Assembly: GCA_030141605.1 (NCBI GenBank)
Contig: JAQGDQ010000296.1
Span: 1 to 64,000, forward strand
Direction of reading: 5' to 3'
Source: Tubiluchus corallicola
Taxonomy: Eukaryota; Animalia; Priapulida
Length of the DNA stretch: 64,000 nucleotides
Shown here one piece after another: positions 1 through 11,096 of this stretch. Below the pieces are notes generated by a model. That model ran no database searches and was not told the DNA's origin. It saw nothing but the letters and a program-made list of their open reading frames with translations. The position numbers and the translations under genes are program-made. The number at the start of each line of letters is the position of its first letter. The first letter of the stretch is position 1.

Positions 1-926
1 CTAGATCGATGTGGAAAATCTGCTTTTTGCAATGTAAGAAGTAGATTTGAAGCACCCGTGTTCCTACTTTTTCTCGATTGTGTTTGGCAGGTAATGTTTG
101 TTTGTATCTTTTGATTTTATTGGAATCTAAACAAACTTTGATGGTACAAGCTCATGATTAATTGAATATTGAAATCAAACTTGTGAAAAAGTTGAAGCTC
201 ACCCTGGATTTGAATCGGGGAGTTCTGCTTACAAGGCCATAACCTCTAGACTACCTGTTCCATACCAATCAAGGCGGCCCAAAGTTCATCCCTTATAGCT
301 AGCCAATTCAGCTATAAGGTTCTTGACATTTGTCTTGCAGGAAAATGGTCATTATTTCAAATTTAGTCTGTGTCCAAACTTTTTTTGCATTTCCTCTTTT
401 TCAAGTTTGATTTCAAAATTTAATTAATTGTGGGTTCGTAGTGTATCATCATTATTCATTAATAGCAATATTGATATTATGACAATAAATAATTAAGCTT
501 TATTTGCAATTGCTATTTCTAAAACCAAGTTTTGTGTGAAACTAATTGAATCTTACTTTTACCATTTATTTTTCCTAGATATTCTCACAGTTTCCCTGCT
601 CATTTGAGTTTAACACACAGTTTCTCATTTTACTGTTTGAGCATGCATACGCTTCTCAATATGGTAAGTTACATTTTTCAAATCCCATAACATTTATATT
701 TTAAGCATTCCCTACTTGGATTATATAAATACATGGATTGTTATTTTTTATTGAATCTTAGTTGTTAAAAATTGTTGTGGTAATAATTTGCGTTCTCTGT
801 TTTCCTGGGTAGTATGTAATGGTACACAATATTCAGTATTGTGGAAAACATTTCAGGTACATTCCTGTGCAACGATGAAAATTCAAAAAAGAAGATTCAC
901 GTGAAAAGCAAAACAGTTTCTCTCTG
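1..926 (+). CDS. MTMR9: MTMR9-like coding exons 9 (partial, 1-90), 10 (579-663) and 11 (857-926), on the strand opposite exons 1-8
   Basis: LDRCGKSAFCNVRSRFEAPVFLLFLDCVWQ | IFSQFPCSFEFNTQFLILLFEHAYASQYG | TFLCNDENSKKKIHVKSKTVSLW. Donors gtaatg, gtaagt, gtattt and acceptors cctag, ttcag are canonical and the phases agree. This is the C-terminal (SET-interacting) part of the myotubularin domain. Confidence 0.92.
140..450 (-). mobile_element. Intronic repeat with ~50-bp inverted termini, a tRNA-like (A/B-box) segment and a hairpin
   Basis: 140-190 is an imperfect reverse complement of ~396-447 (ctttttc(ac)aagtttgatttcaa..tt.aattaat). Hairpin ccttatagct-agccaattc-agctataagg at 291-320. Minus strand shows TAGTCTAGAGG...GATTCAAATCC, resembling Pol III A and B boxes. 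Confidence 0.5.
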
Positions 927-1187
927 GTATTTATTACTATGCTGTTTTCATTGCATCTAAGAGTCAAAGTACAATTACAATTGCACATAAAATTCATTCT
1001 GCTGTTTATAGGACCGTTTTGTTCCACGCCATTCTTTGAACACCAGAAAGAACTTGTAGTTATGAGGCAGTCACGTTGTCATATAAGAACAAAGGAAACC
1101 TATGAATGTAACTTTTTTTTCTAAAAATGATATATATCAAATATTTTAAGCTAAAACTTTATATATATAGTTTAATAAAATCATTAC

Positions 1188-1287
1188 CAGACTCTGAGGT
1201 GCTACTGACGGCCAAATAACAGAATTGTTTGGCTCATACATAGGGTTAAGATAACCTTGCAATACCTCTGGTCTGTTAACCCAAGAC
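1188..1287 (-). CDS. MTMR9: MTMR9-like coding exon 12 on the minus strand
   Basis: Minus strand reads tacag|G TCT TGG GTT AAC...AGT CTG|gtaatg = SWVNRPEVLQGYLNPMYEPNNSVIWPSVAPQSL. Its first base completes the TG(G) Trp codon left by plus-strand exon 11. Confidence 0.92.
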
Positions 1288-1922
1288 CTGTAATTAAACA
1301 AAGTACGAGGCTTGAAGATCACTGAAGATACAATGTCATCCATACTATGCGTACTTAGTCTGGCTTTCACTATCAAAAATATAAGCGAAAATCTACTGTC
1401 ACTATACTATCATGGGTAAGAAAAAAACTGACACTACTTTTGGCACAAGGGCCAGAAAATATTTGCCTCATAGTTCCGTAGGGCACTTCTGGCAGAAGAA
1501 CACAAATTTTACTTAAAATACTTTTTCTCAAATTTAAATGGAAATTTAGATGTTTTCCTCTTTTAATTGGCTAATATGATAAACCTGTTTCACATTCTAA
1601 TATTCAACAAAACTGAAGTTTCAACGCAATTACTGAGGTAATAGTTATTCCGTACACATTATGCACACTGCAGTTTGTTTTTATATACCGTACTCCACAC
1701 TTCTACCAATATTAGCCAGTAAAGTACTACCTGCAGCCTGGAAGTGGTGGATTGTCTGTCCAGGTGTATGAATGCATTATTGAGGCCAATCTCACTCTTA
1801 TTACGAGTACGAGGCCTGGTATTATGAATATAAGATTGACTGATTTTTGCAGCAGCATTGTTAGGCGCTTCATGTAGTCACAACCTGTAGTACTAAAATT
1901 TCACTACACACAAATATCAATA

Positions 1923-2680
1923 CAGTACAAGACCGTTATAGCGAACATGGTTTATTGCGTACACACTGCTAATATGAACTCGCAAATCATTCATTTAACT
2001 AGTGCAATAACTTTGAATACAACACAGTCGCTTATTGGGTACTGTGAACTTTTGTCAGGCCCCAATGCCTGTATTACTATGCTTGAAGTATTACTCCTAC
2101 TACTGTTTTATAAGCTTTTATTGCGTACTTTACCGTTACTCGTGGTTTGCACAAATTTACAGTTCAAATTAATTAATTTCGACAACCTGTCTCCGATGAT
2201 AAAATTGTTATGCAAAGTTGTGAATAAGGGTCAAGTGTGAAAGGTCATTTTGTCTACTGCATAAAAGCAATCAGTTTTATGTTACGAGCCATTCGCTGGC
2301 TAGCAAACAGCTAGTTTTATAATTTGCAATGTGAGGTCAGCAACATATACATACATCAGCAGAGCAATCATATCATTGAACAAAGAAAAGAGAACGGGGC
2401 TTTCTCTTTCTGATAAATATGAAGTTTTACATGAAAAAAATCATGGTAAAAAGCCCCAAGTAGTCTATAAAGATAGAAATTTGAAGTACTGTTAGTACAA
2501 TGACACGTGATCGACAAAAAATAATTGATACTTTTGAAAGTCAATGCAATGCTTCATCAGCAAAAAAATGAATAAGATTATCTAAAACTCGATCAAGCAT
2601 TGCTAAGTGGTTCATACAAGCAAGGCATGACGAGTTGCCATTTATGGTGAGATTTTGATTGCGAAAGTGAATATTAAATC
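1923..2680 (+). mobile_element. Decayed Tigger/pogo-type DNA transposon, 5' end
   Basis: TA|CAGTACAAGACCGTTATAGCGAAC terminal-repeat-like start. Disrupted CENP-B-type HTH peptides at ~2385-2670: KRTGLSLSDKYEVL, STVSTMTRDRQKI, KK*IRLSK, LDQALLKWFIQARHDELP, GEILIAKV. Confidence 0.75.
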
Positions 2681-2980
2681 AGTTTTTATTTTATTTTTCA
2701 ACTTCTGCTGCAAAGTAGTTGATAACATCTTATCAAAATACTTTACTAGTTTACATCCTCTATGAAGCTACACCCGTACCTTAATTTATATGACAATTAT
2801 TAATACATGCTTGTCCATTCATAGTTGTATGCTTTAGCTGTGTATATTTAAAGAGTACCTCAGTTATAGAGTGTTATTTTTGAATCCCTAACTGGTTTGC
2901 TATAATGATTTTACATTGTAGTTAACTTTAAAGTGTTATCTTGCTGACAAGTTGCTATCTTCCTATAACAGTACTACCTT

Positions 2981-3101
2981 TAGAAGTTAAGCAACATTGG
3001 GTGTAAGAAGTGCTTAGATGGATGAGATGTTTTGCAGAATCTAGAAGTTAAGCAACATTAGGTGTAAGAAGTGCTTAGATGGATGAGATGTTTTGCAGAA
3101 T
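2981..3101 (+). repeat. 61-bp-period tandem duplication (2 copies, one internal mismatch)
   Basis: tagaagttaagcaacatt(g/a)ggtgtaagaagtgcttagatggatgagatgttttgcagaat starts at 2981 and again at 3042. Confidence 0.95.
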
Positions 3102-3542
3102 GATTACTTTTAAGTTCTGTCCCAGCAAAGTGATATATAAAATGAGCCAAACAACCAAAGTGAGCATAGAAGTGCCAAAGAACAGTATCAGATTCTAGCA
3201 TAAAGTAACAAAATTTTATCATGTTAAGCATCACAGTTTTAAATCACATAACTCCATATATACTATTGTACTATGGGTGAGTTGGGTGATTGTGTAACAA
3301 AACTGAAACAATGTAGCACTCAATATCAATGAAAATACTAATACACTTGACATTTTAGAAGTCCAAATTATTGTAAGGCTCTGTTCGTAAAAAGCCGGCC
3401 TTTTACTGCAGTAGCGGCAACAACCCTCCTACACTCCGTACAACTATCTCTTTTAGATGCTGTCATCCCTGGGACACAAAACTTTGGGCAAAGCTCCAAT
3501 AATAACAGATTAACCGATTATCAGGCAGTTTAAGATGCTCAC

Positions 3543-6500
3543 CCATGAACTGTTCTACAATCAGGATCTAGAATAACTTGTGACAGTGACGTAACTTGAA
3601 GTGTAATATCTCTGCCTTCATTTCCATGGACCAAAACTGAGGCACCTAAGATAGACAACATGATGTCATAAACTTAATCCTGAAAAAGACTTAATTCTAG
3701 GCTAAATAGACCTAGAATGTCTACATTATTGAGATTAAAAATGTCTGTGTCTATCATTCCAAGATACATTACATCAATGCATGTAAGTAGCTTCACATAA
3801 AAAAGTTATATTCTTATGCGCAGAATTTTCAAAATCATATTTTATGGCATGCTTAATTTAGAACCAGAATTCTGTTACATCCTTGCAAATTTCTTGTCGA
3901 TGCAAAATTCAATACAAATGTAAATAAACTATGCAGGTATGAAAAACTCAGAAAATAAAGCCATTTTTCACAAAACAGATTTAATGCAATGGCAAGAGAA
4001 ATGGTAATTTGTGTTACCGTAGCAATGATTACGGCTACTGCTCAGTTATTCTCGTGGCTAGCCAGTACACATTAAATAATAATCACACATAAAGGGAAAC
4101 CAACCAAAAACACAGACTAAATGGCTCTGGTGGAAATAGGCTCTTAATCTGGAAGTTTAAAGAAACTGTTACCATGAACGGGAATTGTATCTAGATTGGC
4201 TACAAAAATTATTAAAACAATCAAGTCTCTGCTAATATTACTGTAAAGTTAATATGGTGACTCATACTTCTATACCAGTAAAACTGTACCCATTGGTTAA
4301 AAGGTTCAGTCGGCTAATTGGGTCAAAAAACTTCGGTCCCAAAGTGAGTCTGTTAAGCGGTGCCTACTATTCTGTAATCCCGAAAATTTGTTAAAAAAAC
4401 ACATCCTCTGAGGAAACTTGCTTTGCTGATATCAAACATTACAATAGGAAGCACCTTCTTTATCAACGCATTGTGCTGTAAGACAGGCAGCTGTCAATAC
4501 ATCTTTAACATAACCCAACCAGTTGCAGGATTCCAGTCTTGATAACCATTTGTCTGAACTTGATCTTGTGTCACTACATGCTGAAATTAGGTGAAATTAA
4601 ATGCAATTAAAAAATTAAATCAGTAATTCACACAAAAATAAAATAAGGTATTTTTTAAAAAATGACTAATTTTAAAGTATACTTATCCAATGTCAAATAA
4701 AAATACGAGCATGTTCTTACAACTGATATATTGTGACATCAAACACAGAAAATCTGCTTGTTTGTCATTTAAAGTTAATAATGACAACTGCTAAACATAT
4801 AAGCAAGTTTACAAACCTTCAACAAGTTTGCATAAAGATTCTTGAAAAAATGTATGCCTCTCCACCGATCGATGTACTCTCTTCCATTGTGAATAGTTTG
4901 CTTCAGGTTCATATCCACCACCTGGCAAGTTATTGATTAACATTATTGGTTAGATATCATAACAACAATTGAAAGTTTAACCTGGTTTGTCCACTATCTT
5001 TTAGTGTTTCTCGAGCAATTATCTTTTTTATATCTTTAGCACACTGCAAGTGAGAAACCAACATCCAATCGCAAGGTCTACACGACAGTTTATATCATCA
5101 TAAGACACTGTTCCAAGCCGGATTAATTAACAAGGATACCTCTCTAAGACGAGCCAAATGGGATGCTAATGGAAAAAAATGTGCTGGTGCAAGATGAAAT
5201 TAGGCTCCCCAGGTATGTAATTGGGTATGTACCCCCTTACTGAACCAGCATACTTACGTAGCTTGAATAACTTATGTAAGTAAGATAAGTCACTACATTA
5301 CCTACAAAAATTATATTTTATGTTAATTTTACTTTTTCTCAAGCAAAGTTTTGAATGAATCATCAAAGTTAATTACTGTTCAGTTTCAGTTTGCTAAAAA
5401 TTAGCTCAATTTGCCTCAGCTTAATCACGAGCCCCAACTGCACCCCTGGCGGTGATGCATGGTTCTACCCTCTCAATCGGCCTGAGTCACTGAACCAACA
5501 CAGGTGTCTCAGCCACAAACGTCTGTAACAAATGATCGAGTCATTCGCTATAAGCAATATGAAAATTATTTCAGTGACCATAATGCTATACAAACAGCAG
5601 AAAACATTCATTCAACAAAAACCTAAGTATTCTTGTGATACTAATGTAGTATAATACTTACTGTTATTACTGCCACCCCACTAAAGCTGTATTACAACTT
5701 CTGCAAACTAATGAAAGTAGAAATACATGTTTGCAGTCTAACAATTTGTAATGTTACACAGAACACAGAAAAACGTATATAATCCACAATTTTACCTTTG
5801 TTTTTTGACATTTGTGCAACATTCACAGTTCGAGTGTCAATAATATAGCCACGTTTTCCTGGTCTCAATGCTGCATTCAGCAATTTCTCATCTTCCCGGC
5901 ATCGTCTTCCAGATGGTCCAACTAATGGCTGACTACTACGCATAATTGCTGCCTAAAATATACAGTTAAAAACATAGAAGTATTATAACAGTTTAGCCAG
6001 CTATAATTAAAATAGCAAAACGTGTAAGTACAAAGTGCAACAAAAAATTGTGAATTCAGTTACTCTTTTATTGATATTTAGTATACCCCATCAGATGCAT
6101 GATAATAACAAAGAACAGGAAATCGTCCTTTTTCTCGAAAACCTGCTGATGCCACAAGTACTTCATCCGAGATTGACTTTGGAACGATAACAGACTCCGG
6201 GTAAGACTGACAAACCTAGAATATACCAAAAAATAGGTCATAAATAAAAATCCTTCAGAATAACTTGTACTTAAATTGCATCAAGAAAGAAGATGAAAGA
6301 CAGAATTACAGAGCATACTTAAAAAAGTATGTACTTCACCCTTCACTTCATTAATAAAACAACCTGTTCTGTTGTATCAAAGGAATTTTCTCAACTTTAT
6401 GAATCTTGTGGTACATGAAAAATGTATGTTTCTGATGAATGGAATTGATTATGATATTACAAATTTACTCTCAAATTACATTACAGGCTACTTTGAAAAA

Positions 6501-9413
6501 AAATCATGAAAATTCATGCTTACTTGCAGATAATCAAATGTAATTGACCATAAGACATCATGCTAATGGTCGAGAAATGCACGTATGGCATATTTTGAGG
6601 CACAAAGTTTATTCTTATTTACTCTGGTTGCGTGGATCTGCCCCAGCAAACAGGTTTATTAATAAACATGCAATTTTTTTCTGAATAAGCACGTACATAG
6701 CATTACTTGGTGTTCTGCCTAATTGCCCATTGCCTATTTTAGATCTAATAGGCTTCTTCTGAAGTTTAGTATAAATACGTTCCCCAACTTGAATTAGGTT
6801 GAGTTTGTGTAGTAGTCTACCCAGTACTATGTTTTCTCCCGGAAGCTCTTTATTGAGGATATCCTGTGGCCCGCATAACTAGATCTATTGTTATGTTAAG
6901 TAATCTTCTAAACATTGAATTTATTTAATTTAAACATGTAATTCTAGTCGATGTATTTGTCATGTCACATGTACTAATTTGATCTTATTAAAACACAACT
7001 AGGCCGTTTATTATCAGTATTTAGTAAGCCAAAACTATTGTTATGGTAATGTAACTATCTACCTAATCAGCTCATTGGCAGTATCATTATGTCCTTCTGC
7101 TTAATAATTATGCATATATTTTATTTTTTAATCACCTGTTCTTGGTTTTTCTTCAGCCAAACAGTACAACTATGTAGAAAGATGCAATATTAACTATTTT
7201 ACATTTATATGAGTTTGGAACAAAGATTGTATTTTCGAACTCGGAGCAAAATTTAGTGCCAGTCTTTTCGAAATAAATTTCAAAAATATTATTCAATAAT
7301 ATTGCATAATAATAATAATAATATTTCAAAAATTTCCCGACACTAACTATTATTCTTGTAAATTTATGATGTGGACTGTTTAATATTTACTGATTTACTG
7401 TTTTAATGCAGCATTATACCCAACTGTTGGGATACATTTCTGTTATGTCATATGTGTCATATAATGTCATTAAACTTACAAGAACAAAATGGCAACCACA
7501 AGAACAGCTGTATTTTACATCTACCTCAAAATTTTTGTTAACATGACTTATTCTCCAGCTGTCTGCATGGCTAAGCAATCTGGTAAATTCGGTTTCTGCC
7601 TGAAAGGCTTGCCACCCATCTTCCATAATATCAAACATGCGTGGTCGAAAATAAAATGGATACCACAGATTGACATCCTCTGCAAAAATTAGCTACATAA
7701 AGGCTTAGCATTTAATTTTATTGACTGGTCATTAGCTTAAGTTTCACTTTTGTACTGATAACTATTTCAAATAAAAAATCGTAAATAAAATTCTGGTACA
7801 TTTAGCATTTGATGTGATACTTAATGCATTAAAAATTTCAAATTTTCAATGGTGTACCACGATGAACAAACTGCAGATGTTCAGTGGTGTACCAATGCCC
7901 AAAGAGAATGAATGAAAAAATATTGAAGAACATCTTTTCATCTACACAATGACCAACAAATACACAAGAAAGTTTTTAAACAGAAATGTTCTGCTTCAAA
8001 TCAAATTTGCAATAAGCAAAGCAAGTTTCAGTAGTGGATGCCACACATGAAGAGGAATAAGAAATCATCTAATAGTATATAAAATGTACAATGCCGTCAG
8101 TCTTATTGCCCAGTCCTCCATGTCATAGGTAACAACAATAAAATTATAGTTATGTAGTGCAGTTGTATTTGAGCAGAACTGACACCAATAAAAAGTCATT
8201 CTTGCACAGGTGATTCTCAATAGCTCAGTTCAATTCAAAAAGCAAACAATTATTACGGGAAGTAAAATACTGTGCACTCTAAGTGTAAAAAGGAAATAAT
8301 TCACCAAACCATCAGCAATCAAACAAATGTAACAAGTGCAATTAAAATACAAATAAATTTGCAACAGCATTTTGTTAATTTCGTTGTTGAGTAAAACGCA
8401 TAAACACAAGTTTTAGAAAAATGTGACAGTGGCAACATTGCTTTAATTCGCTGGTCTAACCTTGACAAAACTTTACAAAATAGGCAACTGTACATTGTTA
8501 CTCTTATTCTTACCTATGCTCGACAAAGCTTCAATAGATTCAGCTAAATTCAGTGCTTCCTCTTGACTGGGAATATCAAGCCTAATGATTTGAAGATTCT
8601 TGCACTTAACAATGATGGTTCCACGATCACCTTCCAAACGCTTCTCCAAACCATCTACATTTCTGTGTAGCAACTGGATAAAAAAATACGTTAGTTATTA
8701 CACCAAATGTGCTAAAATAAAGCAGTTTGCAGAGTCATATCTCTCATTTAATCATATGAAACTTTTTTGCAATAAAAGCTTGTTATGATAATATAAACCT
8801 TTTGCACAAATTTGATTCCAGTTCTGTGTAATGTAGGAATATTGGTTTTTAAAGCCCATTTCTATAAATTTTCGGTCACAACTCTTAAGGTAATTAGTGT
8901 GTTTTAGTTTCAGAATCAAATAATACTTGTATTTATTCACACCTGTTATATAACAATAATTTTTATATTAAATGAAGACTGGTAAAAAGTTTGGTCAAAT
9001 AATAGGCATTTAATGCCATTATGCCAATTTTACATTTAAGGAATACTACTTTTCATATTATAAGCACAAAAGACAAAATCAAAGTTCAATTCAGAAAGTG
9101 AATTAGCATTTGTAACAGAAAACTGATTCTATTATAAACAGATAGTTTAAAAAGTTTCTATAAGCATATTTTTTAAGTAAAAATACTAACCTGTTCTGTA
9201 CCATAAGCAAGCTACAAAAATAGTTTATATCAAATTTAAACTTAATTTAAATAATAAAATAATTACCCATAATTCTTCACTATTATCCTTTCTAGAAGAG
9301 AGAATCATGTGATGACCAGTAATACAAAGTGTTCCTTCAACAGGTGCTTGAAATGGTCTGTGTAAGGTGACTTCGTTTATTACAGGTGTTTTTATCAACT
9401 CAGCAAACTCCAT
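3543..9413 (-). CDS. MTMR9: Myotubularin-related protein 9-like pseudophosphatase, coding exons 1-8 (9413-9267, 8673-8514, 7679-7525, 6215-6087, 5952-5796, 4921-4817, 4580-4455, 3645-3543)
   Basis: Hand-spliced GT-AG exons with matching phases give MEFAELIKTP...GTLCITGHHMILSSR...YPFYFRP...WRISHVN...CQSYP...GRFPVLCYYH...MRSSQPLVG...GGGYEPEANYSQW...VHGNEGRDITLQVTSLSQVILDPDCRTVHG, which follows vertebrate MTMR9 as recalled. Confidence 0.93.
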
Positions 9414-11096
9414 GATTTCTAGTTAGCTGATACTGCAAAATATTAAAGATATTCAAAATGTCTACTCACAGTTGTATAAAGCATAAAGCATAAAGCAGAT
9501 ATTTTCTCATAACAAAACTATTTGGAATAAGGCTACCTGGTTTAAGTGTTAGGGTCTAGTTTAGAACTTTTTCTTTTTTTGATAAAAAGGCGCAATGATG
9601 GCACACAAACCAAACACAAAAGTTAGTTTACAACAGAGATGCCACAGTAATCTGCAAAAACTTCTATTGAAGCTAGTGCAACCCTACAATTAAATTATGG
9701 TTAAAAATGGGAAAAATAATCTAAGGTGCTGCTTGCATAGTGCAATAACAGTTCAACTGTTATTTAACCAAATTAATAGTTTTGGTTAAATACTAGAAGC
9801 TAAATACTTAATAATAATAATGCATAATGTTACTGGCTGATCATTAATAGGTCATCTTTCGAAAATGACAAACTGAATACTGTACATAGAGCAAACAACA
9901 GTCTCAATAAACAGACTCATACCTATAAACATATAGACACACATGCACGCACGCACGCACACAGACATGCCTATATACATATAAAACATTTGTACACATT
10001 ATATAAACAAACTATGCCAATAAACAACCCTATACAATGCCTGCCACAATTCGATTAATTATAATCGCATGACAAGTAGCACTTAACATACTGTCACTAC
10101 CAGACTCAGACTGCACAACTAATATTATTTATGACAGGCAAATTTACATAATCAAACAAGTCGGTAATCCCGATATTGTTTAATGTAGAAAGGTCTACAC
10201 AAGAGACGTTATACAATGCAAGCGTATATAAATTATCAAAACATTATGAAGTTGCTTGAGCTGTAATATTTACAATCACAAATATGCTTTTAAATTTATA
10301 GACAAGCTGTATTAAATATTGCAAATATTCTTTTGTGAATTTCTTAACAGAATTAGGCATTGTGCAAGCCAGGATTCATAATAAAAGGCAGGGCCCACTT
10401 ACTGTTACAGTAAATGGTATTGTTGGGATTGAAATGGCAGATGAAACAGCCTAGTAGGAATGTCCCAGAATCACTCCTCATCAATTTACTGACTAAGCTC
10501 AACATTGCTTAATTTCACTGTTGGTTAATAACAGTTTTCTGAGACATAAAAACATGATCAAGATAATTCTGAATATAATCTCTTGCAAAATTTATGAGAA
10601 ATTTGCACTATATGAAATTTCTCAAAATTTATGAGAGACACACTAAGTACATAGTGTGTCAGTGTCATAATAACACAGTATGTACTTAAAAAGGAATAAT
10701 AATAATATTAAAAATACTTACTCTTATTAAAAATAATATAGTATTATTATGTAGTAATATAATATAGTTTCATAAAATACTGCAATCACAATGTATGAGA
10801 GAGTATATCAGTATGCAAGAGTATGGTCCAAATACTTGTCCTTGATACTGTGCACAAACATTTGTTTTGCATAAATGGCCCAAAACTTTAAAGTCACTAT
10901 ATGATAATCGCATACTATAGTGCAAGATCAATCGTGATTTGGTATCAGGTGCCTTAAGTGACAAAGTAACGTGCCAGTGATTAGTTTCCACTTTTATTCA
11001 TAATGAATAATGATATAATTTTCCTATAATACTGACTGCATTGCTAGTATATTAAGCTTTAAAGTACGAAAAGTAAAAAAAGAATATCATAGTAGT

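Noticed and set aside
195-260. Functional tRNA gene
   Set aside because: Only degenerate A/B boxes; no complete cloverleaf could be folded.
1288-3542. Missing MTMR9 pieces (FEALIEREW-type start of exon 9; terminal LRW/coiled-coil exon)
   Set aside because: Searched by eye on both strands and not found. The LRWMR peptide in the 61-bp duplication is bounded by stops. These pieces probably lie outside the window.
5425-5545. GC-rich intronic stretch as an snRNA or snoRNA
   Set aside because: No recognisable C/D, H/ACA or Sm motifs; more likely a repeat fragment.
10410-10455. RNase H-like peptide NGIVGIEMADETA*
   Set aside because: Too short and unsupported by flanking motifs.
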